Positions 12,281 through 25,755 are shown, numbered from the stretch's first letter. The stretch is 64,000 bases of DNA from Antedon mediterranea (GCF_964355755.1 NC_092670.1:8360201-8424200), one strand, 5' to 3'. Notes: generated by a model not told the origin, from the sequence alone. Made by a program: numbers and translations.

Positions 12281-14362
12281 ATGGAGTTCAAATGTGAACA
12301 CTGTGGAGATAAATTTGAGTTAAGTGATTTGAAGGAGCATTTAGGAATACATGTCCGTTTTAAAGAGTTAAAATGTGAAAACACAAACGATGTTGAACCA
12401 CAAGATGAGACACCCTATGAGAAAGAAGGTGAGAATTTTGAAATAAACACTGCCATAGAAACTTCATATAAATGTGAACACTGTGAGAAGCAATTTGAAC
12501 AAAAAGAAGATTTGAAACAACATTTGCAAATACACAGAGAAGAGAAACCATATGAATGTGAACAATGTAATAAAAGATTTAAACAGAATGCGAATTTCAA
12601 AAAACATTTGAGAATTCACACAGGAGAAACACCATATGAATGTGAACATTGTAGGAAGAAATTTAAAGAAAGGGGGAATTTGAATAAACATTTGAGAGTA
12701 CACACAGGAGAGAAACCATATGAATGTGAACATTGTGGAAAGAAATTTAGCTGCAGTCAGAATTTGAAAAAACATTTGAGAGTACACACAGGAGAAACAC
12801 CATATGAATGTGAACATTGTGGGAAGAAATTTGCACAAAGCGGGGAAATGAAAGTTCATGTCAGAATTCACACAGGAGAAAAACCATATGAATGTGAACA
12901 ATGTGGGAAGAAATTCGGAGCTAGTGGTTCTTTAAAAAAACATCTGAGAGTACATAGTGGAGAAAAACCATTTGAATGTAAATATTGTTCAAAGAAATTT
13001 AGCTCAAAAAAATATTTAATAGTACACACACGGTTACACACAGGAGAGCAACTATATGAATGTGAATATTGTGGGAAGAAAATTAACAATAAAGACAACT
13101 GGAGAAAACATGTGATGCTACACACAGGAGAGAGACCATATGAATGTGAGCATTGTGGAAAGAAATTTAGAGGTAATAGAAATTTAAAATTACATTTAAA
13201 AATTCACACTGGAGAGAAACCATTTGAATGTGAATATTGTGGGAAGAAATTTAACGATAAAGGACAATGGAAAAAACATGTGATGCTACACACAGGAGAG
13301 AGACCATATGGATGTGAGCATTGTGGAAAGAAATTTAGAGGCAATAAAAATTTAAAGTTGCATTTGAGAATTCACACTGGAGAGAAACCATTTGAATGTG
13401 AACATTGTGGTAAGAAATTCCAATATCGGGAGACCTTCAAAAAACACTTGAGAATACACACAGGAGAAACACCTTATGAATGTGAACATTGTGGGATGAA
13501 ATTTAAAGGAGGAAATCAATTGGGAATACATTTGAGAATTCACAATACAATAGCGCCACCATCTCATAATTTGGAACAGAACAAAGGTAATGTAAATGTA
13601 AAATCACCGTTGAAAATACTCAGAGCGACACCATCTGGATCTTATGGATGTGAACAAAAATGTATAAATAATTTTATAACACACAAGAGAGAGACAGAAT
13701 CTAAATGTGAACATTGTGGAATAAAATTCGAAACTATTGAATATTTAAAATCGCATTTGAGAATACACATAAAAAAGGAAATACCGTCTTATGAATGTGA
13801 ACAGAAATGTATAACTAATTTTATAACATACAAGAAGGAGACACCATATGAAATGGATTGGAAAGAAGAGACACCATATGGAATGGAACATAAAAGAGAG
13901 ACACCATATGGAAAGAAACATAAAGAGAAGACACCATATGGAATGGAACATAAAGAAAATAGTACACCACATGAAATAAAACATAAAGGAGATATACCAT
14001 ATGAAATGGAACATAAAGGAGATACACCATATGAAATGGAACATAAAGGAGATATACCATATGAAATGGAACATAAAGGAGAGACACCATATGAAATGGA
14101 AAATAAAGGAGATATACCATATGAAATGGAATATAAAGGAGATATACCATATGAAATGGAACATAAAGGAGAGACACCATATGAAATGGAATATAAAGGA
14201 GAGATACCATATGAATTTGGACATACAGGAGACACATCATATGGAATGGAACATTTAATACACAGAACACAGATACCATATGAAATGGAACAATTAATAG
14301 GCATAGGCCTACACACAGGAGAAACACCATATGAGATGGGAACATTGTGGGATCGAATTTAA
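12281..14362 (+). CDS. C2H2 zinc-finger protein B (N-terminal atypical finger, 13 tandem fingers, 1 isolated finger, 10-aa repeat tail)
   Basis: Intact ORF. ATG 12281 (MEFKCEHC) aligns with the start of the other paralogs; canonical TGEKPY/TGETPY linkers. Confidence 0.9.
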   Translation: MEFKCEHCGDKFELSDLKEHLGIHVRFKELKCENTNDVEPQDETPYEKEGENFEINTAIETSYKCEHCEKQFEQKEDLKQHLQIHREEKPYECEQCNKRFKQNANFKKHLRIHTGETPYECEHCRKKFKERGNLNKHLRVHTGEKPYECEHCGKKFSCSQNLKKHLRVHTGETPYECEHCGKKFAQSGEMKVHVRIHTGEKPYECEQCGKKFGASGSLKKHLRVHSGEKPFECKYCSKKFSSKKYLIVHTRLHTGEQLYECEYCGKKINNKDNWRKHVMLHTGERPYECEHCGKKFRGNRNLKLHLKIHTGEKPFECEYCGKKFNDKGQWKKHVMLHTGERPYGCEHCGKKFRGNKNLKLHLRIHTGEKPFECEHCGKKFQYRETFKKHLRIHTGETPYECEHCGMKFKGGNQLGIHLRIHNTIAPPSHNLEQNKGNVNVKSPLKILRATPSGSYGCEQKCINNFITHKRETESKCEHCGIKFETIEYLKSHLRIHIKKEIPSYECEQKCITNFITYKKETPYEMDWKEETPYGMEHKRETPYGKKHKEKTPYGMEHKENSTPHEIKHKGDIPYEMEHKGDTPYEMEHKGDIPYEMEHKGETPYEMENKGDIPYEMEYKGDIPYEMEHKGETPYEMEYKGEIPYEFGHTGDTSYGMEHLIHRTQIPYEMEQLIGIGLHTGETPYEMGTLWDRI
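13830..14345 (+). repeat. 30-bp coding minisatellite (HKGD/EI/TPYEME)
   Basis: Unit acataaaggagatataccatatgaaatgga; about 15 copies, most homogeneous at 13981-14220. Confidence 0.9.
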
Positions 14363-14632
14363 CCAGAATGACAATTACATTATACTATTAATTTAACAAT
14401 ATCAAGTTTACTAGGGGGCCATATAAAGTTTATCCTTCTGCCGTAACTACACTTAGGCCTACTTGTAGGATGGATCGAGAAGAGAGTGTAATGTTTATTG
14501 CAGTGACTATCTCAAATAACCTCATCCGTTCAGTAGTATAACCTTTGACCTGATCCTTAATTTTACTGTAAATATATTTAGAGGAATTCATTGGTTAGAT
14601 AATGTTTAAACTATAAGTTACTAATACTGTAA

Positions 14633-14856
14633 AGATGTATTGTCCCCCAAACCGGTTAAAATCAATCAAAAACACATTGTCTTCCAGACAATTTGACAAT
14701 TGTCTGCTTTAGTTTACAGTTTTTTTTACGTTAATATTTTTTTTCAGATCCAATTTGTGGTGAATAGTGAAGTGAATAACTATTATGTAACATTAAAATG
14801 GCATATTAAACAAAACATTTAACAAAATTATTTTTTTCAGATTCAAAATATACCTT
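14633..14856. mobile_element. Degenerate Kolobok-like MITE
   Basis: Left end AGATGTATTGTCCCCC; decayed right end aatatacct-TTAA; internal motifs shared with 28980-29298. Confidence 0.5.
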
Positions 14857-15017
14857 TAAACAATTAATTAATTTGTGCAGACATATGTCTTTTTTTTTCG
14901 TTTATAAACAATTAGCGTCATTATTACAGGGTACAGATGATGGTTGAAGTTAAACATGTTTGACATTAAATCTTTCGTTTTTTTGATTATTTGTTTTTGT
15001 CTTTTTGTTTCAATTTA

Positions 15018-15136
15018 AAACAAGGCCATATAGATGGCTGCAGTCGCGTGCTCAAGTTAGTGTTTTTGACCAACCGACCGACCAACCGACGGACCGACAT
15101 AGTGAGTTGTAAAGTCGCGCTGCACGCGACTAAAAA
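15018..15136 (-). mobile_element. Short HINE-like element (family 1)
   Basis: aacaaggcc end, (CCGA)n tract, gtcgcg..cacgcgactaaaaa head on the minus strand. Confidence 0.65.
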
Positions 15137-15324
15137 CTTCAATTCCTGTTTTACTACGGAGGTTGGAGAAAACGTTTGAAAATGTATTCGTACGTTCATG
15201 AAAAGCGGAATAATATCTAATTTTTTCAACATAATTGCAAAACGTTCAGCGTACATTCGAACACTGTAGCCTACCTTTTAAAATTATTATAACAATTGGT
15301 AACGTATCAAAAGTCAACCACTAA

Positions 15325-15503
15325 AGCTTGGTTCCCACTAGAACGTAACGCAAGGACGTAAACGCAACGCAAGCGTTTTAACCAATGACAAGCGAAGTTA
15401 TAGACAGTTAGCAATCACAAGCGAATAAGCCATCGCTTGTGATTGGTCAATTCACTTGCGTTGCGTTACGTCCTTGCGTTGCGTCGCTAGTGGGAACCAC
15501 GCT
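15325..15503. mobile_element. PIF/Harbinger-type MITE
   Basis: TIR agcttggttcccacta / tagtgggaaccacgct, almost wholly palindromic, TAA TSD at 15322-15324 and 15504-15506. Confidence 0.8.
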
Positions 15504-16692
15504 TAAAGTAAAAACAGTACTTGTGTGTGTGTCTATTTTCTATTATTTGTTTCTTCTGTTGGATATTAATGGTGCTAAATCTTTTACATGAACGGAAGAT
15601 GGAATCGTATTAATAGTAATAAAAGAGTATGCAAATTATGATGAATACTTTCGTTTGTCCCTTTTATTCAGATAATATTAGAACTAAATATATGATTTCC
15701 TTTAATTCAAATAACACAAATTGAAATATAAGTATCGTTGTCTGCTACAAATACTAATCTAGTGTTGTTTTAATTTAGACTTTCTAAAAGGAAAGCATGA
15801 TGGTCAAATGAACAATGTGTAAGTTTATTTGTAGTTATTTGAATTACTGAAACAAATTGTAATACAGTAATTCGTATTAAAAATATATAATTTGCTATTT
15901 ACCACTTTCAGCTGAATATGCCTCACTTTAGTCAAATGAACAATGTGTAAGTTTATTTGTAGTTATTTGAATTACTGAAACAAATTGTAATACTTCTTCT
16001 CCTCTAGACTTCTGGTCATTTATACAGCACATTGGCCAGAGGCCCGAAGTACATATTATTATATTATTTACAAAAATTAGATGCAGAAAGAAATATTTCT
16101 TTTTTTAATGCACAAAAAAATGTATTTAGACATATTTCCCATTAAAGTGATATTCTGGAAGACATTAAAATAATGAAATTACTTTCAGAAGGGAAATTAT
16201 AAAACGAAACTGTTAATAACTCATGACGTAACTTATTTAGAATGGACAAATTAACAGAAAGTGATATTCATCATCTATGTTATTGCTATGACATAATTTA
16301 TATATTCTATAGTAATTCGTATTAAAAATACATAATTTGCTTTTTACCACTTTCAGCTGAATATGCCTTACTTTTTATTGAGGGTAAGTGTTCAATTAAA
16401 ACAGATCAGATGATAATTTAAAAGTTATATTGTTCTGTTTCAAAACAAATTGACTTAATATATAATAGTCAATTAACACAACCTTTACAATTATACACAA
16501 ATATTTTTTTGAAAATGTAGAATTTCAAAAGTATTATAAAGGCGTGTATCCTACTGTATTATGCAATTTCTATTGTAGTGTTCAATCAAGTCCACCCCAA
16601 TTTCATCGCCACGCCACTCTAACAATTGTTTTATGTTATTGTCCCGGTGGGTGCATTACAATCAATTAGTAAAATAATCTCATTTGCATATA

Positions 16693-16800
16693 CAGTCTCA
16701 GCCAATTACGTGTCCTGCCGGTCTTGCTGAAGACTTCTTTTCCCATTCCATTAATAGGCAGCAAGTGGACGACTGATGAGAGACGATAATTAGGTAGGTA
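16693..16800 (+). promoter_or_regulatory. Putative promoter plus non-coding first exon of ZNF C
   Basis: agtctcagCCAAT at 16702; ggcagcaagtggacgactgatgagagacgataatt; donor TAG|GTAGGT after 16793; candidate acceptor ttttatttAG at 18391. Confidence 0.55.
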
Positions 16801-17188
16801 GGTAGGTAGGTAGGGTTGCCACAACTAAGTTTAAACTTTTATACATTAATTGTTGCCCTTCCAAGTTTTTACGAATTGTTGTGTTTGCCTAAATTGTCTA
16901 TACTCTACACCCATTTCTGTTGTTTTCTTTTTCTCCTTACTTTTTGAAAAGTTTACTTGTGTTCAACATTCTAAATACTATTAGCAGCATAAACATTGAG
17001 GTACTGAATTGAGGGACTGTGTATTAGCAAAGGAAAAGAGGAGTTTTTTTATGATTCGTACACATTTAAATATTTTAGATGTATTCACTATTTCTTTCAA
17101 TTGAGGCAATCACGGTGTATAATGTTACATGTATGTATTTGGACCATGTATCTTACGACGATACGAGAACTACAGTACTGTATAGATT

Positions 17189-18010
17189 AACAAGGCCAAC
17201 AGCCATTAAGTCGCGTGCTACAATGCATAGTGATACCGGACCGACAGACAAACAGACCGACAGACAGACAGACCGACAGACAGACAGACCGACAGACAGA
17301 CGGACCGACCGACATAGTGAACTATACTGACCGAAATTACTGAACATGTTTAAAAATGTTGAAATGTTTAAAAACATTTATATTTTTTTAATTTACACGT
17401 GCGTAGCCTGTCACTTTTGACGTGCTCGTATAACGTAATTTCGAGTTGAAAAGTAAGTCAAGAAAACAGAAATCGGGCAAAAAGAGTGCGCAATAACATT
17501 TAACGCGCAGTGCGCGCGCAAAAATCTGCGCACTCATGGCAATTTTGTAAACGCTTAAAATTGCCTGAAACGTACTCTTATTTCATCGAAAATAAATTTT
17601 GAAAATTTTAGGCGCGCGTACGCATGCGTTACATGCGCTACGCACGTAATTGTATTGCCATATGATGATTTATGCCCTGAAATTTATGAGTACCAAATTT
17701 TATTTAATTGTGATTCATGGTTGTTAAGATATGATTACAAACGTGATTTCGTTAAATCGTGCGTAGACCGCGTAATTTTTTATTGCGCACCGTGAAATCA
17801 TAACCACATCGATTCCTGGCCATAAGGAATATTCTGTGAAAAATTGATTTAGCTAAATTAAACTGATATCAAGATAAGGTCATAAAGCGATAAAACGCAT
17901 AGTGATACCGGACCGACAGACAGACAGACCGACAGACCGACAGACAGACAGACAGACAGACCGACCGACCGACATAGTGAACTATAGAGTCGCTTCCACG
18001 CGACTAAAAA
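17189..18010 (-). mobile_element. HINE-like element (family 1), long form, in the putative intron of ZNF C
   Basis: agtcgc.t.cacgcgact hairpin head, two (GACA/GACC)n tracts, aacaaggcc tail. Near-identical inverted copy at 19696-20450. Confidence 0.75.
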
Positions 18011-18474
18011 CAGGTTTTCCGATTCCCTATACATTTTCAGTTTAAATATAAATTATTCCAATTTTTAAATAAAAGCGGAAACAGAAGGCAGGATATAACA
18101 GTTGTAAAATGAAGTGAAGTGTCCAATATTTTACATTAAAATTGAGTGGTGTGGGGATTCCCCTTCCTTCTGGATCCATGACGTGAAAAGTTACCCACTG
18201 CGTCCGTTCTTCGATTCTTTCTGCACAGCTTTACCTCAGGCGACTGGTGGATGTTGTTACATCTCCCTGGTTAAATATACTAATGGGAACTTTTCCACTT
18301 TGATCCACGTGTACCAGTACGTGTACTGAAAAATACAGGGTTTATTATTTCCATTCTTTTTATATTCTTTTTCTTTCAAATTTTTATTTAGATATATGTG
18401 GAGAACGACGATTGAAATTTGACTTTATTGATAAACAAAAACTAATTGATCAAGTAAAAAAGAGGAAAACCAAC

Positions 18475-19563
18475 ATGAAGTACAAATGTGAACACTGTGG
18501 AGATAAATTTGAGTTAAGTGATTTGAAGGAACATTTAGGAATACATGTGCATTTTAAAGAGTTAAAAGACTACGAGCATTTTCAACTACATGATCAAAAA
18601 CAAAAAGAAATTGAGAATTTGGAAATACACACCACCGAAGAAACTTCATTTGAAAATTTTGGGAATAAAGAAAATGAGAATTTAGGAATATGCACCGATG
18701 AAGAAACTTCGTATGAATGTGAACATTGTGGAATGCAATTTAACAAAATTGATGTTTTAAATAAACATTTGAAAATACACACAAGCGAGACACCATATGA
18801 ATGTGAACATTGTGGAAAAAAATTTAAACAGAATGCTAATTTCAAAAAACATTTCAGAATTCACACAGGAGAAACACCATATGAATGTGAACATTGTAGG
18901 AAGAAATTTAGCTGCAGTCAGAATTTGAATAAACATTTGAGAGTACACACAGGAGAAACACCATATGAATGTGAACATTGTGGAAGAAAATTTAAACAAA
19001 GTGGAGAATTAAAAGTACACGTTAGATCTCACACGGGAGAGACGCCATTTGAATGTGAACAATGTGGTAAGAAATTCAAAGCTAATGCAAATTTGAAAGA
19101 TCATTTTAGAGTACATACAGAAGAGACGCCATATGAATGTATATTTTGTACAAAGAAATTTAAGTCTAATGGGTCTTTAAACTCACATTTGAAATTACAC
19201 ACAGGAAACTTACCATATGAATGTGAACAATGTGGGAGGAAATGTGCCTCTAATGGAATATTAAAAAAACATTTGAGAATTCACAGAAAAGAGAGACCAT
19301 ATGAATGTGAACAATGTGGGAAGACATTTAAAACAAATGAAGGATTAAAATCACATTTGAAAACACATGGAGAGCCACGGTATAAATGCGAATATTGTGG
19401 AGTGAAATATCAAGATAAAAGGTGCTTCCAAATGCATTTGGAAAGACACACAATAGGGAATGAATGGGAGGATTATATTATCAAATCCAATTGCAATGAT
19501 ATGTTTAACTTACGCACAGAAGAGACATCGTATGGTAACATTTATAACTTGCATACATTTTAA
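18475..19563 (+). CDS. C2H2 zinc-finger protein C (N-terminal atypical finger plus 9 tandem fingers)
   Basis: Intact ORF. ATG 18475 (MKYKCEHC) matches the paralog start. Confidence 0.9.
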   Translation: MKYKCEHCGDKFELSDLKEHLGIHVHFKELKDYEHFQLHDQKQKEIENLEIHTTEETSFENFGNKENENLGICTDEETSYECEHCGMQFNKIDVLNKHLKIHTSETPYECEHCGKKFKQNANFKKHFRIHTGETPYECEHCRKKFSCSQNLNKHLRVHTGETPYECEHCGRKFKQSGELKVHVRSHTGETPFECEQCGKKFKANANLKDHFRVHTEETPYECIFCTKKFKSNGSLNSHLKLHTGNLPYECEQCGRKCASNGILKKHLRIHRKERPYECEQCGKTFKTNEGLKSHLKTHGEPRYKCEYCGVKYQDKRCFQMHLERHTIGNEWEDYIIKSNCNDMFNLRTEETSYGNIYNLHTF

Positions 19564-19695
19564 ATAACATGTGAGAATACACACAGGAGAGACGAACATT
19601 GTGTACACAATGTGTAATGTTTCTATTTTTAATTTTACAGCGAATAATATTAAGATACCAGTGCATTTTAGAATAATAGAAGAAATTGAGCGTTA

Positions 19696-20925
19696 TTTTT
19701 TAGTCGCGTGGACGCGACTCTATAGTTCACTATGTCGGTCGGTTGGTCTGTCTGTCTGTCGGTCTGTCTGTCTGTCGGTCCGGTATCACTATGCGTTTTA
19801 TCGCTTTCTGACCTTATCTTGATATCAGTTTAATCTAGCTAAGTCAATTTTTCACAGAATATTCCTTATGGCCAGGAATCGATGTGGTTATGTTTTCACG
19901 GTGCGCAATAAAAAATTACGCGGTCTACGCACGATTTAACGAAATCACGTTTGTAATCATATCTTAACAACCATTAATGACAATTAAATAAAATTTGGTA
20001 CTCATAAATTTCAGGGCATAAATCATCATATGGCAATATAATTACGTGCGTAACGCATGTAACGCATGCGTACGCGCGCTTAAAATTTTCAAAATTTATT
20101 TTCGATGAAATAATTTCAGTTTCAGTTTCAGGCAATTTTTAGCGTTTATAAAATTGCCATGAGTGCGCAGATTTTTGCGCGCGCACTGCGCGTTAAATGT
20201 TATTGCGCACTCTTTTTGCCCGATTTCTGTTTTCTTGACTTACTTTTCAACTCGAAATTACGTTATACGAGCACGTCAAAAGTGACAGGCTACGCACGTG
20301 TAAATTAAAAAAATATAAATGTTTTTAAACATTTCAACATTTTTAAACATGTTCAGTAATTTCGGTCAGTATAGTTCACTATGTCGGTCGGTCCGTCTAT
20401 CTGTCGGTCTGTCTGTCTGTCTGTCGGTCCGGTATCACTATGCGTTTTATCGCTTTCCTGTACTTTTTGAACTGTTTTGATGTATCGCCTTTTCGCGTGG
20501 ACGCGACTCTATAGTTCACTATGTCGGTCGGTTGGTCGGTCTGTCGGTCGGTCGGTCTGTCTGTCGGTCCGGTATCACTATGCGTTTTATCGCTTTCCTG
20601 TACTTTTTGAACTGTTTTGATGTATCGCTTTTCTAAGGCATTACATTTCTAAGTTGTTCTAAGTTATTATATACGGGCTGGTGTGTCATTTAATATTCTA
20701 AGCTTCCTAAGAGAAAAGAGTTCACTATGCTTGTTTTTACGTAACTGCAGTCTAACTTATTCGTATTTATATTTTGTTGATTGTGTCTATGGTTTAAATA
20801 TTTTTAGTCGCGTGGACGCGACTCTATAGTTCACTATGTCGGTCGGTCTGTCTGTCGGTCTGTCTGTCTGTCGGTCCGGTATCACTATGCGTTTCAGCAC
20901 GCGACTTATGGCTGTTGGCCTTGTT
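19696..20925 (+). mobile_element. Composite HINE-like element (family 1) with repeated heads
   Basis: tttttagtcgcgtggacgcgactctatagttcactatgtcggtc heads at ~19696, ~20490 and ~20801; (GTCT/GTCG)n tracts; ends ggctgttggccttgttt. Absent from the paralogous flank at ~8330. Confidence 0.75.
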
Positions 20926-22224
20926 TAAATAAGTTTTAATTTGATTGGCCTTGATTGATTTCTTGTAGGAAAGAACATCTATGAATGTTACATCATTTTT
21001 AGGTTGATGTTATGACATAGGTTTTAAACGAATAATGTTATTTTACAATAATTACATTTTAAACGGGTTTAATATTTATTTATTATTATTGCGGTCATCT
21101 GAAGCTATAGCTACATGCTTTTAATAAGTGTCAATTTTATCATACAATGTGAATACTGTACGTTGTATTACTATTTCAAATCGTTTTCTTTAATATCTGC
21201 TTCTTTTTTGTTATGTTTGCCCATTTTTGAGCAACAGTAGTTTTGGCCAATCACAAAACAGTACAAGTTCTTACCGTACAGTGTGTACTGTATGAAATCG
21301 CACACAATTTCAATACTGGTATGTTATGTACCGTACTGTATTTGTTAAGTTATGTTGTTGTGAAGTGTTGGACTTAACCACACAAAATGATTCATTTTCG
21401 TTCTATTGTATATAGCTTTGGTTTTTATTATTTATTGTTCTAATTTTGTGGCTGTAACGCTTATTAACCCTCTACTACAATAAATTGAAAATGTCCTATA
21501 CCATTCTCTGTTTGCCTTTACTAATCGCACCGATTTTTCTTTACGATAGCTAAATGTGTTAAAATAATATTACACAAAAGACAACACAGGCACACTTAAG
21601 TTATGTCGTTATTGCTATTTTAATTATATTTAATTTGGTATATGATGCAAAGGCAAAGTTATTCTTTATTTGCTACTTAAATTTAAAGTTACAATATTCA
21701 TCACTGATCACTCAGTAGAAATTGTTATTTTCATTTGCAAGCTTGCATTAAACCTTAAGAAATAACATTTTCATAAATAGGCCTAAAGACATTTTTATAA
21801 AATTTCTTAATTTAAAACAATAAAAGGCGTAGGCCTATAATTGAAAAAAGAATGAGGCCTAAAATAGATTTTTTTTTAAATAATTAGGCTATACAGTAAC
21901 ATAGAAGAAATGTTTTTCCGATGGCTGACGGCTAGTGACAATGAATTGAGACGGATCACCAACTTGGTCGGTCTTCAGTAAGTTGATATAAGTAGGCCTA
22001 GTCCTGGTCCTGGTCTCCGAGCACTTTTCTATTTTTCCTTGCATTCTAGTAAACTTTTAGAAATAATATACAGTAGGCCTATATAGGCTCCTACAAAACA
22101 AAAATTATTATGAACAGAATAAATTATTCAAATGAAGAAACTCTTTGAATCTTACTATAATTTCATTTAAATCTAAACTACTAGTAGTATTCGGTTGACG
22201 TTGATTAATTCCATTGACGCCTCA

Positions 22225-25200
22225 TAGTAGGGCGGCCAATGTGAGCTTTTTCATCATGGGGGGCATTTTCTGTTAATAGCAGGCAACCATGTGGAATATA
22301 TCCCTTATGGGATGACAAAAAAGATAGGGGTGGATGCCGCTCTCAAATTTCAGGTCAAAGGTCATTTTTAATGTTATAAGGTCAAATATGGTAAAATAGA
22401 GGTTTAAGCTGTTTTCAACAACATATAAGCTAATTAAAAGAAATGTAACCATTATTGGATCATTATTGACATATTGCTGTAGATGGTGAAGTTCATCAAT
22501 TTTTCAACTTACAAGTTTAAAGGTCATTTTCAAGGTCATTAGGTCAAATAGAGCACAGACCTGTTAATTATCGGTATTAATAATTGAAATAAATATAATT
22601 TTCATAATAGCCTGGGGCTGATGGTTATAGTGTGGTGTCAAAAAGACCAGAATTGTACTGGGAAGATTTTGAACTTTTTGAGTCACTCCTGGAAGGTGTT
22701 CAAGGAATGGAGAGGATGAGTCCTAAAGTATCAAAATAACCGAAATTGGAGGCCTACTGGAATGTCTTAAATTTCATTTAAAAACGGTCACAGAGGGTTT
22801 GTGGGTTGGGAGTAATGGGCGGCATGGGCACATGCCAATATTCGAAATGTTTCTGGGATGGAAAGAGGTAACGCTCTGTATGAGGTGGGTATTTCTTCAA
22901 GCACTGATATATAATGCCTACTCGCCATCTGGGTAACGGTAACAAGTTCCAAACTGACAACTGGGTTAGGGGCTTCCAAACGACCCGATTCATTTAGGCC
23001 ACATACTGATCTCTGCCTGATAGTTGGCTCGTATGTTTAGGTTCTATGATGTCTGTATTGACCATAGGTGAGTTTTTTTAATTTTAAGTGTAAGTTCCCG
23101 AAGTAGAAATACAGGTACTTAAATATTTATTGAGTGAAGTGAAATACTTCATATTTAAGGGAAATATATATTACTAGTGTTAATGGTATATGGTCACTGA
23201 GTCTAGATGGAGGTAGCACCAAAGGGTAGTCTGTTATTATACAGTTATCTGCTTAAGAGTACCATATATTTGGCAATATTAAACTTTAGTGTACACTGTA
23301 CGTGGAAAGTTTTAATCTTAATCAATTCCATTTACAAGGAGTGGATGCGTTACAAATGATTTCCAGTATGACCTCTTCTCATAACCAGCAAATAATGATG
23401 TGCTGCAACCTGTAATGGCAGGCATGGAAGCTGGTTAGATTATTCTTAATAGGTTTTCAACCACTTTATTGTTCACTATACCAGACATCGTCCATACTTT
23501 TGAAGGCTACTGTTACAAAGTGCATATCATTAATTAACATCAACTTTCATGTATAATTGCAAGCTCTTTGTTATTGACATAAAGAATGTCTAAAAACTTT
23601 GTGATATTTGTTCTCCTCCAAACCGATGAGTGTGGCCCAAAACACATACGGAAGTACAGATTAGTACATTGGGACTATCCTTTCAATCGTGTCACTGCTT
23701 ATATCCACCCCTTTCCAATGTAATGATCAAATACAACAAAATGACGAAATATCTAGGTAACTTGCATAAATACTTGCATAGTCACCAAATGTTTACAGCC
23801 ATGTTTACTGCATCCTATAGTGCATGACCATCATGTTTTTACTGTAAGTTTTCTTCTGGAACATCTGTGGGTATTTCAACGCCATCCATCAAGATATGTG
23901 AAGTCATATTTGGTTAAAGATATTAAAATTGGGCTATGATCATACTCTAATGGTTGATCAGCAGATTTTCTGTCAGTTTTTATATACTTTATCGAAACAG
24001 TTGCCTTATAGAAATCCGCAAAGGTTTAGAGCAATGCTTTCTCAGTGGCTCATGAAGTTCTAAGTTCTACTGTTTTTTTTTCTTTCAATAAGTTGTTACT
24101 TTAAATAAAAGATCTTCCTTACCATCTGTCAGTTCGAAAGAATATTGTGTATTATCTGTGATTCGTGATCAGTCTGACCATGTCATGCAGAACCTATCAA
24201 TGAATTACAGCGTTTCTTGTTATACCAATGATTCTATTTTGAATTGATCAATCATCCACTCAGTGTTTAGAATATTGGTTCTGATAATTTAGATAGATAA
24301 ATTTGTTTACCCTTTTAACCTCATTTCTACAACGAATCCAATCGGATTTTAAATGTGTTGGTGGTTTCAGAAATGACGACTTTGGTTGGCAAACTATTAA
24401 AATATATAATTACTAATTGTGAAAAAGTGGATCTCCTATCAGTCCTTTGTGAAATTTAGGTTTAAAAAGTCTAAGCTGATGTCCTCGTGTATTTCTGCTT
24501 AGATTGCATCTCATTTGAAGGAAGTCTTCCTTGGCTGCACGCTCAAAATATTTTGAAAATTTTCAATCAAGTCACCATGAATTCGTCTGTCATACAGGGT
24601 TGTTAGGCCAAGAAACTTTAAACGATCTTCATGAATAAGAATGGATAGCTGGAATTTGATTTGTTGCATGACGTTGTCCTCTTCAAGTGCGTTTATGTCT
24701 TTTTGGATAAATGGATTTCATACCTGGACACAGTACGTAACGTAATGTTTGTAAATAACGTTAAAACCGTCTTTATCCATCCATGTGTATAAAGGACTTC
24801 TTAATTACTTAAGGAGTTTTATATTTGTTATCACCGTCAGCCATGATAGCATAGATGCGAAGGCCTCAAGAAGAAGTCCCCAATTACCACTCCTTCCAAC
24901 CTTGATAAAGTCTAATAGTTAGGGTTTTTGAAAACAAAGACTCGATACCCAGGTTTCTCTTTCGAGATTTCTCGAAACTTCAATAAAAACTTTGTATCAT
25001 TGAAATAATGAAAAAAATGTTTAAATATTTACATTATAGGGGGTCTCTGACCCAAACAAAAACATCTCGACATTAGGTCATATAGGGGGTCTCTGTTTTC
25101 GAAATTTTTCTAAAAACAAATTTCTAAATATTATTACATTATTATAGGTAATATTAATAATTTTTCTAAAAACAAATTTCTAAATATTACTGTATTACAT

Positions 25201-25755
25201 TATTATAGGTAATATTAATATTGTAGTAAAAGACCAATCTTTTGGCACATATGGCGTTTCATACATATAACACTTGACCTATTTTTCCGACAAAAATCAA
25301 AACGATGACTGGTGGACAACATGAAAAAGACAAATTTACAACAGACTGGGAAAAGCCTATTAAAAAACTGTGTGTACTTTATAGAAATATGTGAAAACAA
25401 CATTTTGAGAAAATGACACTTTTATATTTAATTTCCTATGTTTTTATGTGTAAAATTAAATGTTTATCTCATAATTACTATAATATGAAGCATCAGTTGA
25501 TCTTCAGATATACCTTTTTGGATAGCTCTGATGATGTAGATGATTTTCCGTGAATAAAAAAAAATCCTATATTTTGACCTTGTTTGACCTCTTGACCACA
25601 TAAACTGACCTTAAAACCCAAAACTGAAGATGGCATCCACCCCTATCGTTTTTGTCACCCCACAAAAGATACACTCAACATAGTTGCCTGCTATTAACAA
25701 AAAATTCCCCCCAAACTTTTTATAGAGGACTTTTGTGTATTTGGCCTCTCTACTA
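22225..25755 (-). mobile_element. Academ-like DNA transposon, internally deleted and decayed
   Basis: TIRs TAGTAGGGCGGCCAA / TTGGCCTCTCTACTA with ~130 bp of further imperfect inverted similarity; 3-bp TSD TCA (22222-22224, 25756-25758). Minus-strand relics FIKVGRSGNWGLLLEAFASMLSWL (~24840-24910) and FHA..ITGCSTSLFAGYEKRSYWK (~23360-23430, XPG-like motif). Confidence 0.8.
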
